Origin: Bdellovibrionales bacterium
Lineage (GTDB): Bacteria; Bdellovibrionota; Bdellovibrionia; Bdellovibrionales; UBA1609
Assembly: GCA_965200875.1 (NCBI GenBank)
Contig: OZ241456.1
Span: 1,152,001-1,216,000 of the forward strand
Length of the DNA stretch: 64,000 bases
Direction of reading: 5' to 3'
Under the pieces are notes generated by a model. That model searched no databases, was not told where the DNA came from, and saw only the letters and a list, made by a program, of their open reading frames with translations. Of the stretch, positions 40,788-50,821 are shown piece by piece. The first letter of the stretch is position 1; each line of letters opens with the position of its first letter. Made by a program: the position numbers and the translations under genes.

Positions 40788-41621
40788 TTATTTTCCGGAC
40801 TTGGCATATCGCCGGCGAATAATCATTTTATCCGTTCTCTTGTTGTTTCTTGTCCGATAACCCTTACACGGTTTTCCCCAAGGAGTCATGGGATGGTTTC
40901 CCTTACCCACACCTTCCCCTCCACCCATAGGGTGATCAATGGGGTTCATAGCCATACCACGCACTTTTGGCCTCCAACCTCTTTTCCGAATCCGTCCAGC
41001 TTTGCCCCATCGGATATTTTCATTATCCGCATTCCCCAGTTTTCCAATAGAAGCCCGACAAAGGGAAAGAATACGGCGCAATTCTCCTGAAGGCAATTTT
41101 ACTTGACAATATTTTTCATCTTTGGCGGCCAATACCGCTCCCACACCCGCACTGCGAACCATTTGACCGCCCTTTCCCGGACGTAATTCAATATTATGAA
41201 TCTCCGTGCCAATGGGAATTTGTATCAAAGGCAAGCTGTTTCCTGGTTTAATGTCAGCTGTGTCACTGGAGATAACATCGTGTCCCACAGATAAATTCAC
41301 GGGAGCCAAAATGTAAGATTTCGCACCATCTCTATAGCTGACCAAGGCAATGCGACAACTTCTGTTGGGATCATACTCAATCGCCACTACACGAGCAGGT
41401 ATATCTGTTTTTTTTCGTTTAAAGTCAATCAGACGATAATGACGCTTATGACCTCCCCCTCTGTGGCGCACAGTAATACGACCACGATTATTCCTTGCAG
41501 ATTTCTTGCGTAAAGGGCGGGTGAGAGATTTTTCCGGCTTGCTCTTTGTAATTTCCTTAAAATCCGACACCGACATTTTTCGTGTAGCCGGCGTGCGGGG
41601 TTTTAACACTTTGATTCCCAT
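40788..41621 (-). CDS. rplB: 50S ribosomal protein L2
   Basis: [32 protein letters not shown]. Confidence 0.98.
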   Translation of the reverse strand: MGIKVLKPRTPATRKMSVSDFKEITKSKPEKSLTRPLRKKSARNNRGRITVRHRGGGHKRHYRLIDFKRKKTDIPARVVAIEYDPNRSCRIALVSYRDGAKSYILAPVNLSVGHDVISSDTADIKPGNSLPLIQIPIGTEIHNIELRPGKGGQMVRSAGVGAVLAAKDEKYCQVKLPSGELRRILSLCRASIGKLGNADNENIRWGKAGRIRKRGWRPKVRGMAMNPIDHPMGGGEGVGKGNHPMTPWGKPCKGYRTRNNKRTDKMIIRRRYAKSGK

Positions 41622-41622
41622 T

Positions 41623-41901
41623 TTAATTTCCTTCGAACAGATTAATGGTTTCCCCTGGATACAAACGCAAAGTGGCCTTCTTCCAGTATTTTACTCTTCC
41701 ATAGCCCAAACGGGTCCGGCGCGCCCTTCCCCGACAAATTGCGGTTTTTACTGATTGCACTCTAACCTCAAAATACTTTTCCACATACTGTTTGATCTGT
41801 GTTTTATTGGCCAAACGATCCACTTGAAATACATAAATATTCTTACTGGCCAGTAAATTGTTTTTTTCCGTTAAAAGAGGTCGTTTGACAAGCTGGCTCA
41901 T
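41623..41901 (-). CDS. rplW: 50S ribosomal protein L23
   Basis: PLLTEK, ANKTQIK, WKKA. Confidence 0.96.
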   Translation of the reverse strand: MSQLVKRPLLTEKNNLLASKNIYVFQVDRLANKTQIKQYVEKYFEVRVQSVKTAICRGRARRTRLGYGRVKYWKKATLRLYPGETINLFEGN

Positions 41902-42533
41902 TGTTTTTCCTCTTTATTACATTTTTTCACCAAAAAAGGCACACTTTTTTTAGTCATTATCAGGCAATCGTATTTCAGCAAATCATAAACATTCAAACCT
42001 TCCACCGGCAAAAACTGAAAGGAGTTTAAATTGGCTGAAGCCCTTTTAAAAAGTGGTTCTCCATCCTGATCCACCAACAAAGCCTTTTTCAGTCCAAAGT
42101 TTTTTAAACGAATGTGTAATTCTTTCGTTTTTCCTTCCTTGGATATCATACTTTCCACAAAAAATATTTTTTTTTCTTTCCACAAATAAGAAAGTCCCTG
42201 CCTTAGAGCTGACTTTCTGATTTTAACCGGCAAGGCGTAACCATAACCACGAGGCTTGGGGCCGAATGTCACACCCCCTCCACGATTAAGAGGAGAACGA
42301 ATAGAACCTTGGCGGGCATTTCCCGTGCCTTTTTGACGAAACGGCTTTTTACCTCCTCCACTAACATCAGCACGAGTTTTGGCTTTGTGATTTCCCTTTC
42401 TCGCTGAAGCCCTTTGCCAACGAACCACCTCATTAATCAGTTCCACTTTTATCTCCTGTTGAAACAAAGTTTCCGGCAAATCCAGTTCTGCCACCTTTTC
42501 TTTTTTCCAATTTAAAATTTCTGCCCTAAGCAT
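41898..42533 (-). CDS. rplD: 50S ribosomal protein L4
   Basis: GGGKKPFRQKGTGNARQGSIRSP. Confidence 0.97.
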   Translation of the reverse strand: MLRAEILNWKKEKVAELDLPETLFQQEIKVELINEVVRWQRASARKGNHKAKTRADVSGGGKKPFRQKGTGNARQGSIRSPLNRGGGVTFGPKPRGYGYALPVKIRKSALRQGLSYLWKEKKIFFVESMISKEGKTKELHIRLKNFGLKKALLVDQDGEPLFKRASANLNSFQFLPVEGLNVYDLLKYDCLIMTKKSVPFLVKKCNKEEKQ

Positions 42534-43554
42534 TTTTTACTCCTAGCTTTTCATTCATCTTGGATAAAAAAACCAATGAGTTTCTGGCCCCAGGGACTGG
42601 TCCTTTCACCACAATTAAATTTTTATCTGAAATAACATCCATTATCCGAACATTTTTCAAAGTGGTTTTTTCCACACCATAATGTCCAGCCATTTTTTTT
42701 CCGGGCATTACGCGAGCAGGTTCCGTGCGGTTGCCAATAGAACCTCCAGTCCGATGAGTTTTAGATCCATGAGAAGCAGGACCTCCTTTAAAATCCCACC
42801 GCTTCACCACACCTGTAAATCCATGTCCTTTAGAAATAGCACACACTTTTACTTTGTCCCCTTTTTGAAGAGAATGAATGGATACGGACTGCCCTACTTC
42901 GATATTATCAACACTATCCTGTCTGATTTCCCGGATATAACGAGCACCTTCGGCAAAACCAGCAGGAGCAAGATGCGTTTTTAACGACTTTGAAGAGCGA
43001 TTGTTTTTCTGAGGCATACAAGCCAGCTGAACACTATTATATCCTTCTTTTTCTTTTTGTTTAATCTGAGACACAACCCAAGGCTTTACATGTAAAAAAG
43101 TTACAGGAATAAACTGGCCTTTTTCATCATAAAGGGAAGACATAGCGAGTTTAAACGCATAAAGACCAGATAGCTTTATTTCTTCTTTCGGAGTTTTTTG
43201 TTGAGGAGACTCTACTTGTTCCATTGTGGGTTCAACCTTTTTTTGAACCTGTCTATCCTCCTTGTTTTCTGCCATTTCTTTGTCTTGAGTTGACTTATCT
43301 GCTACTTCTTTGTCCGGGGATGACTTGTCTCCGACTGGCTTGTCTTGGGCGAATTTGTCTACGACTGGCTGGTCCTCTGGAGCTGACTGATCGGTGACTG
43401 GCTTTTCACTAGTCGCCTCTGACTTTTTTACATCATCGGAAACCTTGCTCTTTTCTGCACCAAGTGAAGAAGAAGATATTTTTTCTCCCTTTTCTCCTGA
43501 ATGAGTTGTCGCAGTTTTTCTGTCAGATTGACTTTTTTTGTTTTTGTTATTCAT
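42526..43554 (-). CDS. rplC: 50S ribosomal protein L3 with ~125-aa charged N-terminal extension
   Basis: SKGHGFTGVVKRW, GPASHGS, PGKKMAGH, VKGPVPG. Confidence 0.95.
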   Translation of the reverse strand: MNNKNKKSQSDRKTATTHSGEKGEKISSSSLGAEKSKVSDDVKKSEATSEKPVTDQSAPEDQPVVDKFAQDKPVGDKSSPDKEVADKSTQDKEMAENKEDRQVQKKVEPTMEQVESPQQKTPKEEIKLSGLYAFKLAMSSLYDEKGQFIPVTFLHVKPWVVSQIKQKEKEGYNSVQLACMPQKNNRSSKSLKTHLAPAGFAEGARYIREIRQDSVDNIEVGQSVSIHSLQKGDKVKVCAISKGHGFTGVVKRWDFKGGPASHGSKTHRTGGSIGNRTEPARVMPGKKMAGHYGVEKTTLKNVRIMDVISDKNLIVVKGPVPGARNSLVFLSKMNEKLGVKNA

Positions 43555-43563
43555 TTTGATTTC

Positions 43564-43887
43564 CTAGTGAGGATTTAGCGCAATATCCACATCTACGCCG
43601 GCGGGCAAATCCAATTTTGTTAATTGATTGATTGTTTGTTCTGTAGGTTCAGAAATTTCCAGAAGACGCTTATATCTCCGTATTTCAAATTGTTCACGGG
43701 ATTTTTTATTGACATGAGGGGAGCGCAAAATGGTGTAGCGATTGATTTTTACAGGTAAGGGAATAGGGCCGGCCACATTGGCTCCTGTTCTCTTAGCCGT
43801 ATCCACAATACCCCGCACAGATTGATCCAAAAGCTTATGATCGAAACCCATGAGACGAATCCGTATTCTCTGTCCTTCCATTTCCAT
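43564..43887 (-). CDS. rpsJ: 30S ribosomal protein S10
   Basis: [28 protein letters not shown]. Confidence 0.97.
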   Translation of the reverse strand: MEMEGQRIRIRLMGFDHKLLDQSVRGIVDTAKRTGANVAGPIPLPVKINRYTILRSPHVNKKSREQFEIRRYKRLLEISEPTEQTINQLTKLDLPAGVDVDIALNPH

Positions 43888-44299
43888 TTTTTATATCCTT
43901 TATGGGTGATAAGTACCCCTCCCGCCAAGAGTCTTATGTTGCCATTATCTTTCATTAAATACCTTTTGAAAGCAAACCTTTAAAGTTAATCTACCTGATT
44001 ATTAAGGCTGTTTTTCTCCGAAAATAAGCCAAAAACATGACACTTAAAGCCATATTTACGCTAATTTTTCAGGCAGAACCTTCACTATACAGGGCAGTTA
44101 CTGTATTATCAAAATATAAAAATAATACAACGCAGTGTGGCTGAATTTACATCATCTTTTTTTTTCAAGTCAAGCTTCATCTGGTAATTTCAACACAAAA
44201 AACAGAGATAGAGGTAAATTTATCCGGTATAAAGGCTTTTTCACAGACAACCAACACGCAAAAAATCACAAAATAAGCCTGTAATTTTAAATATTTAGA

Positions 44300-44376
44300 G
44301 GTCACGTAGCTCAGATGGATAGAGCGACAGTTTCCGGAACTGTAGGCCGTGGGTTCGAATCCTACCGTGACCACCA
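44300..44376 (+). tRNA. tRNA-Arg (CCG)
   Basis: GGTCACG/CGTGACC acceptor stem, ACAGT-TT-CCG-GA-ACTGT anticodon arm, GTTCGAAT, CCA. Confidence 0.96.
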
Positions 44377-44490
44377 TAATCCTACTAGCTTTTCCCTCCA
44401 TCCCATAGAGGATGCACACAAAAATCTTTATCGTATGCCTTCTAAATCCACTGAAGAGATAAGCGCAATAAAAGACATTTTCACTTTCTA

Positions 44491-46140
44491 CTAATTACAT
44501 CTGTTTTTCACAGTCTGAACAAAGTTTTCAATCTCATTATTCATATCGGATGATTCACCGTTGTTGATATTATGCAGTCTGCGTAGATGAGATGTTAAAG
44601 GTTTGGGAAGTTTGGAATCTCCTTCATCGTTCAAGTAATCCATATCCTTTTCAATTTGTGAGGGGAAACTTCTGGTTTGTCCAGAAAGTCTAGCTTCATT
44701 TTGAAACTTTATCTGTTCAAACCTGATTGGTTCATATTCATTTTGCTCCAACATTGCTTTTCTTCTTAAACAAGCTGTGTTTGTTGCGTTTACTTCCTGG
44801 CCATTTTGATCTGTTCTGTTGCAAAAAGCACCATTGGCTGTAAGAGATTTTCCATGCTCTATAAAGGCTGTCATTTTATCAGTGATAACACTGGTACCTC
44901 CATTATAAGCTTGGTATATTAATTGCCATTTATCATCCTGATTTATATCATAAATTTTCACTTTTCTTATTTTCAGATCATTTATATTATAACTCCTTTT
45001 TTCTCTGTGATTGCGATTTCTATCGTATAAAGCATGATACAATTCTCTGTCACTTTTCATCACCCATGAGTACTGCCTTTCACTTCCATCCGCTTCAGTA
45101 AATTTTCCCTCAACAATCAACATTTCATCCAAATGAATAGGTAATAAAAAATCTGTTTTCAGTTGAGACACAATATCACCCACTTCTAGGTGTTGAGGTA
45201 TGCTACCTTCAATATTGAGAGAATTTTTAGACAAAGTGTTCTCTAGAGCTTTCATATTCATCTTCACATTGTACATGGCATAAAAAAAACAAGTAGGAGC
45301 ATGTTGACTCAGCTGACAATCTAATTTTCTGGCTATAGGTTTATATTGGTCAAAACTGCTGTCACTTCTTTGACCTTGTCCTTCTGGTCGAATAGCATCC
45401 GGGATATGTACATTTGCAGGAAGGTCAGGACACTTATCCACAGCGTTTTTGTAAATTTCACTTTTCCAAGAAGTGTTTGTATTACTGCTCAAGTAAATTC
45501 TTTTGCCTATTTCTTCAGCGGTTATCTGAGTGATTTGACCATAACAACGCGCTCCCGTACTACTTTTGTTATTGAGAATAAAGTGAGACTCATGGTTAAA
45601 CAATTTAAAAAGATATTTTTTTTCTTTATATGTAAAATCAAAACAATTCGCCATTGTATGGAAAGCCCTATGAGTCATCATTATATATTCTTCATTTAAA
45701 CAGGGAGCGGGAGGGTCTATTGTTTGTTTTTCTCCTGAAGGATTTGTCACAGAAAGCTGTTGTGTTTTCGCGCTTTTAGCATTATCACAATAATAATAAT
45801 TTGGTGTTCCTTTTATTGTACTGTTTTCGTCTGTAATTTTTCCAGAAGGTTTTGCTACAGAATGAACGGCACTGGCAAAAAAACACTCTGGGGGAATGGA
45901 TATTGCGTCAGAAATAGTTTGCGCTAAATCTTGATCATCACTGCTACTGTTGAGCTTTTGTTTCCAACAGTCCAAAGAGGGACAGCTGGCCTCTATGGAA
46001 AAATCCTGATCCCCATGCACCATATTTTCTGTCATTTCTTTGTTTTTCCAGCTACAAACTTCAAAAGGGATTCTGGCCCATGCTATTTTAGTAAAAAATA
46101 AAACTGTAAAAAAGAAAATCAAATAACGGGTGTATTTCAT
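44491..46140 (-). CDS. Secreted protein with lytic transglycosylase (SLT)-like motifs
   Basis: HESHF...SSTGARCYGQIT and AYNGG resemble SLT motifs; signal peptide from ATG 46140. Confidence 0.6.
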   Translation of the reverse strand: MKYTRYLIFFFTVLFFTKIAWARIPFEVCSWKNKEMTENMVHGDQDFSIEASCPSLDCWKQKLNSSSDDQDLAQTISDAISIPPECFFASAVHSVAKPSGKITDENSTIKGTPNYYYCDNAKSAKTQQLSVTNPSGEKQTIDPPAPCLNEEYIMMTHRAFHTMANCFDFTYKEKKYLFKLFNHESHFILNNKSSTGARCYGQITQITAEEIGKRIYLSSNTNTSWKSEIYKNAVDKCPDLPANVHIPDAIRPEGQGQRSDSSFDQYKPIARKLDCQLSQHAPTCFFYAMYNVKMNMKALENTLSKNSLNIEGSIPQHLEVGDIVSQLKTDFLLPIHLDEMLIVEGKFTEADGSERQYSWVMKSDRELYHALYDRNRNHREKRSYNINDLKIRKVKIYDINQDDKWQLIYQAYNGGTSVITDKMTAFIEHGKSLTANGAFCNRTDQNGQEVNATNTACLRRKAMLEQNEYEPIRFEQIKFQNEARLSGQTRSFPSQIEKDMDYLNDEGDSKLPKPLTSHLRRLHNINNGESSDMNNEIENFVQTVKNRCN

Positions 46141-46314
46141 AAGTAAGCAATAGTTTTTCATTTTGAGCATTTCAGTAATAAGTTTATCTCTTTTTTCCAG
46201 AAAACAGGGTTTAACGACATACCACAACCATCTGTTTTGAACATTCTACAATTCCGTCTAAAAAAATCAGATCTGGTTTGGAATATAATCTATCGGAAAA
46301 ACCCCCGGGTTATT

Positions 46315-46857
46315 TTATTGATTTACTCTAGCCATACAGAGCAAACTGTCAAAAATTATTTGCGCCCACCAGGGAAAAGTAACTTTTTTTGTTTCATCTA
46401 TATTATGAGAATATCTATAGTTATGCTCAAAAGTATTTTTTAATACGGACACTTTTTTATAAGGTTCTATATTTTCTTTTATCACTGCTTTATATGGTAA
46501 CTCTTGAATCTGAGTGAGTATAGAGTTTAACAAGATTCTGTCTTTGAGACTTAAATGAAAGTTGTCTTTTAAGTATAGTATGAGCTGTTCCGTCTTATTG
46601 AGATATTCTTCAAAAAGGGAAAGTTTTTGACTTAAATTCGTAAGCGTGACATCATCACATGATCCCAAAAAAGTACTTAATTGATTTTTTAATCGATTAT
46701 TAATATCTTCAGAACTTATCTTTCTATAATTTACAGGGTTTTTGGAGGAAGTTTTTTTTTGTGATTTGGCCATCGCATAAGGCAAAGTCACTTTTGGCAT
46801 TGTTGAAATAAAAAATACGGCAGAACCAAAAAGAAACAAAAACTTCATAAAAAACAA
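46315..46857 (-). CDS. Hypothetical secreted protein
   Basis: ORF with hydrophobic N-terminus; no recognised motif. Confidence 0.6.
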   Translation of the reverse strand: MFFMKFLFLFGSAVFFISTMPKVTLPYAMAKSQKKTSSKNPVNYRKISSEDINNRLKNQLSTFLGSCDDVTLTNLSQKLSLFEEYLNKTEQLILYLKDNFHLSLKDRILLNSILTQIQELPYKAVIKENIEPYKKVSVLKNTFEHNYRYSHNIDETKKVTFPWWAQIIFDSLLCMARVNQ

Positions 46858-46899
46858 TGTACCATAAATCTTTCCATTCAGGAAACTTTTAGCGAAATT

Positions 46900-47469
46900 T
46901 TATGGATTGGAACGGACGCAGGCGGAAAGTTTTTTTTCCTCCAAGGCGGATATAAATCTCAAAAAACCCTCTGCTTGTTGATGAAGCAACTTTCTTATTT
47001 CTTCATCTTTAATTTCTCCTTCGGACAAAAGGTTGAAAATATTCTGCAAAAATACCTTTTGAGGATAAATAAACGCATTTCGATAGCTCATAATCTGCTG
47101 TAATTGCTCAACAGCTCTTAAAGCTCCAAAACGCCCCCCTAAACCCACAAAAGCGATGGGACGGTATTCAAAAGTTTCAGGGTAGCTCCAATGATCTATA
47201 AAAAATTTAAAAATTCCGGGAAAAGAGCCGTTATATTCAGGACATACAATAATAAGTCCAGAAGAAACATTGAGTTTGGATATCACTTGTTGAACATTTT
47301 GAGGCAGTTTCTCAGGATAAGGATTCTGGATCAGCACTTCAAAAGGAACATCCTTCAAAGATATAATCTCCAAAGAACAATTTAAACTTTTATATATTTT
47401 TTGAAGAATGCCAGATACAACAAGACTATTGGAACCTGGGCGATTAGTGGCGGAAATAATGTATTTCAT
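46900..47469 (-). CDS. NADPH-dependent FMN reductase
   Basis: TNRPGSNS, PEYNGSFPG, GGRFGALRAVEQL. Confidence 0.9.
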   Translation of the reverse strand: MKYIISATNRPGSNSLVVSGILQKIYKSLNCSLEIISLKDVPFEVLIQNPYPEKLPQNVQQVISKLNVSSGLIIVCPEYNGSFPGIFKFFIDHWSYPETFEYRPIAFVGLGGRFGALRAVEQLQQIMSYRNAFIYPQKVFLQNIFNLLSEGEIKDEEIRKLLHQQAEGFLRFISALEEKKLSACVRSNP

Positions 47470-47499
47470 ACTATGTGGTTCCTCTTTTTTTAGGACTGA

Positions 47500-47805
47500 T
47501 TACCAGCTAGATTTAGTAACACCAGGAATTTTACCTTGATGGGCCAGCTGACGAAACATAAGTCGGGATAAGCCAAACCGACGTAAATTACCTCTAGGCC
47601 GACCAGAGATATTACATCGGCGAACAACACGGGAAAGAGAACTGTTTTTAGGCAATTTTTGTAAAGAAATTCCGGCGGAATATCTTTCTTCTTCAGAAAG
47701 CTTAAGGTTGGATACTTTTTTACGCAATTCAGAGCGAAAAGCCATGTACTTAAAAGCTTTTTCTCTTCTTTTGTTATTTTTCACAATAGAACTTTTTTTA
47801 GCCAT
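47500..47805 (-). CDS. rpsN: 30S ribosomal protein S14, long Zn-independent type
   Basis: [23 protein letters not shown]...[13 protein letters not shown]; 101 aa with a single Cys. Confidence 0.96.
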   Translation of the reverse strand: MAKKSSIVKNNKRREKAFKYMAFRSELRKKVSNLKLSEEERYSAGISLQKLPKNSSLSRVVRRCNISGRPRGNLRRFGLSRLMFRQLAHQGKIPGVTKSSW

Positions 47806-47933
47806 TTTTTATATCTCCGGTTTTTGTTTGCAGGTGATAAATATTTTCTGTCCTTCCAAGAGGACTGACACTTTCATAGCCATATTTTATAGCAAAACCA
47901 TACTAATATAACAAAAGAGGATTCGCAACTAAT

Positions 47934-48020
47934 TAGTGACCCGTGAAAAGCCAAGTTATTGGCTTTCAGTCCCTTAAAAACGAGAATCCTCAGAAAATAA
48001 CATACTTTTTCACAGACTAC
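47934..48020. repeat. Degenerate MITE/REP-like element
   Basis: TAGTGACCCGTGAAAA...GAAAATAACATACTTTTTCACAGAC, similar to 57109-57234. Confidence 0.6.
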
Positions 48021-48150
48021 GAATTATAATAATTTTTCTATTGAAATTTCCAGTTAATTTGCCATAGAATGCAAAATCATAAAATAAAGTATGTAAAAAG
48101 CACAGAAAACAGTATAAAAGCACGGAAACAACATACACAGGAGATACAAT

Positions 48151-49203
48151 ATGTTCAGTATATGTGAATATATATGGATAGATGGAGCTTTACCCACTCA
48201 AAAGCTCAGATCAAAAACCCGTATTTTACAAAGTTTAAAGCCTTTTAATCAGTTAAAGTTGAAAGACTTTCCAGAATGGGGTTTTGATGGTTCTTCCACT
48301 TATCAAGCTCCAGGTAATCAATCTGATCTTGTTTTAAAGCCTGTGCAATTTGTCAAAGATTCGTATCGAGGGGAAAATCACTATTTAATTATGTGCGAAG
48401 TGTTTAACCCCGATGGTTCTTTCCACTCCACAAATACACGAGCTGAGTTAAGAAGAGTGCTCTCTGCCGGCGCAAACAAAGAAGACCCTTGGTTTGGAGT
48501 GGAACAGGAATATACTCTTTTCCGAAACCGTGTTCCATTAGGTTGGCCTGATAAAGGATATCCTGCCCCCCAAGGTCCGTTTTATTGTGGTATTGGAGCA
48601 GATGAGGTGTTTGGCCGGGAGTTAGTGGAAAAACATCTGCAACATTGTGTATCAGCCGGCATTATGATTTTTGGAGTAAATGCTGAAGTCATGCCTGGTC
48701 AATGGGAATTTCAAATTGGCTACAGGCATATAGAAGGGGAATCTGCTGATCCCCTGACAGTAGCTGATCACACTTGGTTGGCTCGTTACTTTTTGTATCG
48801 TCTGGGTGAAGATTTTAAAATAACTGCTGTTTTGGATAATAAACCTGTTAAAGGAAATTGGAACGGGGCTGGACAACATACAAATTTTTCTGTTAAATCC
48901 ATGAGAGATCCAAAAAAAGGAATGGCTTTTATAGAAAAATCTCTTTCTCTTTTATCTCAAAAACACCAAGAACATATAAAAGTATATGGGCATGGTTTAT
49001 CGGAACGACTCACAGGTTTGCATGAAACCTGCCATATTGATGAATTTAAACATGGCGTAGCGGATAGAGGAGCTTCTATCAGGATTCCTCTGCATGTTTC
49101 TAAAAAAGGGTATGGCTATCTGGAAGATCGTCGCCCGGGAGCCAATGCAGATCCTTATCAAGTGGCCAGTCGCATTTTAAAAACAATATGTGAAATAGAA
49201 TAA
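48151..49203 (+). CDS. Glutamine synthetase, type II
   Basis: EYIWIDG, WGFDGSST, PQGPFYCG, NAEVMPGQWEFQ, WNGAG, RLTGLHET, GYLEDRRP. Confidence 0.95.
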   Translation: MFSICEYIWIDGALPTQKLRSKTRILQSLKPFNQLKLKDFPEWGFDGSSTYQAPGNQSDLVLKPVQFVKDSYRGENHYLIMCEVFNPDGSFHSTNTRAELRRVLSAGANKEDPWFGVEQEYTLFRNRVPLGWPDKGYPAPQGPFYCGIGADEVFGRELVEKHLQHCVSAGIMIFGVNAEVMPGQWEFQIGYRHIEGESADPLTVADHTWLARYFLYRLGEDFKITAVLDNKPVKGNWNGAGQHTNFSVKSMRDPKKGMAFIEKSLSLLSQKHQEHIKVYGHGLSERLTGLHETCHIDEFKHGVADRGASIRIPLHVSKKGYGYLEDRRPGANADPYQVASRILKTICEIE

Positions 49204-49229
49204 CAAAAATGCCAGTATCAAGGAAAATC

Positions 49230-50669
49230 CTATAGAAACTTTTTATAATTCTCCACAGTTAATGGCTCAAAAGCTTTCAGCTGTGATTTTATCTGATCTA
49301 CATTAGTGAACACTAAAATTTTCATTAAATTCGGATGTAAATGTTTTTTTATCACTTTATTCACAATATCAACATTCAGAACATTCAGATGATCAAAAAA
49401 CTCTTCTACATACTTGTAAGAAATTCCGTTGCTGTTAAGGTATAATAAATAATGTGCAAAATGATCTGCAACAGCAACACCACTTATAAATTGATTTTTT
49501 AAAAGTTGCTTTGCCTTTTCCAATTCTTTTTCCGTAATACCCTCCTTATGAAAATTTTCTAACACACCAAATATTTCCAATAAAGCCTGTCCCACTTTAT
49601 CGTTTCGCACTGCCAACCCCAGATTAAATGACCCTGATTCTTTTTTCGCGGAAAGATAAGAAGAAATCCCATAAGTTAACCCTCTTTGCACGCGAATACG
49701 ATTCATAAGGCGAGATGTAAAATTACCTCCTAGAATCAAATTAGCCACTCTAAAAGGTAAATAATCAGGGTGTGATCGGCTTAAAGAAATATGCCCCATT
49801 CTTATTTCCGATTGAACAGCAGAAGGATGATTAACCACCATTAGTTTTCTTTCCTGATTGGCGGGAACAGCAGAAACAGAAATACTCGGATTTTTTGTTT
49901 TTTCTTTAATAGGTTTTTTCCAAGTTCCAAAAAAATTTTCCAACTTTTCAATAATATTTTCAGAATACCGGCCAGCCACGCTTAACACCATACGCTCAGG
50001 AGTAAAGTAACGATTATAAAAGTCTTTAATATCCTCTATCTGAATTTTCTGTAAACTACTTAAACTGCCATTTTTATAAAAACCATAAGGGTGAGAACCA
50101 TACAAATATTTGTTAAAAATTTGCCAAGAATAAGAGGAAAAATGCTCAGATTTTCTTTTAGCCCATCCCAAGGCACGCTCTTTCGCTCTTTCAAACTCTT
50201 TGGTTAAAAACAAGGGCTGTGTAATAATATCAGATAAAATTTCCAATGCTGATTCATCCAACCAAGAGAGAGTCTCCACAGAAAAAGAAACATAATCTCT
50301 ACCCACATTGTATGCGAGAGAAGTGCCAAGCATTTCCATGTCTTCCGCTACTTTTGTGGCAGAGCGTTTTTTTGTACCTTTGTCCATAATTTCCATCAAC
50401 AAAGATACAAGTCCTTCTTTATTTTCTGGATCTATTTTCGAACCAACTTTAAACATAATATCAAAGGATAAAGAAGGCAATACATCATCTTTTATCAAAA
50501 TTACTTCCACACCATTAGATAGAGTTTTCTGAATGAAAGAATAGGGTTTGTATTGATCCACAGCACTCATACTGGTTTCCCTCCAAAACAGGCAGACTGT
50601 GCCTATAAAAACAATTCCTAAAAGTATCAAGACAACTTTTTTACTCAATGAAAAAATTTTTTGTCTCAT
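49230..50669 (-). CDS. M16 peptidase, non-catalytic subunit
   Basis: M16 fold signature without HXXEH; ILGG.FTSRL..IR..RGLTYG. Confidence 0.88.
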   Translation of the reverse strand: MRQKIFSLSKKVVLILLGIVFIGTVCLFWRETSMSAVDQYKPYSFIQKTLSNGVEVILIKDDVLPSLSFDIMFKVGSKIDPENKEGLVSLLMEIMDKGTKKRSATKVAEDMEMLGTSLAYNVGRDYVSFSVETLSWLDESALEILSDIITQPLFLTKEFERAKERALGWAKRKSEHFSSYSWQIFNKYLYGSHPYGFYKNGSLSSLQKIQIEDIKDFYNRYFTPERMVLSVAGRYSENIIEKLENFFGTWKKPIKEKTKNPSISVSAVPANQERKLMVVNHPSAVQSEIRMGHISLSRSHPDYLPFRVANLILGGNFTSRLMNRIRVQRGLTYGISSYLSAKKESGSFNLGLAVRNDKVGQALLEIFGVLENFHKEGITEKELEKAKQLLKNQFISGVAVADHFAHYLLYLNSNGISYKYVEEFFDHLNVLNVDIVNKVIKKHLHPNLMKILVFTNVDQIKSQLKAFEPLTVENYKKFL

Positions 50670-50821
50670 TTCATTATCTCATTTTCCGGTTTTACATACA
50701 TAAAAAATTGGAAAAATCACAATTATTTATATACTTATTTCGTTTCAGTCACCAAGTTCTTTTGTTTGCCTCCACTATTTGAAATTGATATTTTTGATAA
50801 AATCACGCGCCAATATAAAAA

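Noticed and set aside
44177..44419. 80-aa ORF
   Set aside because: Antisense to tRNA-Arg
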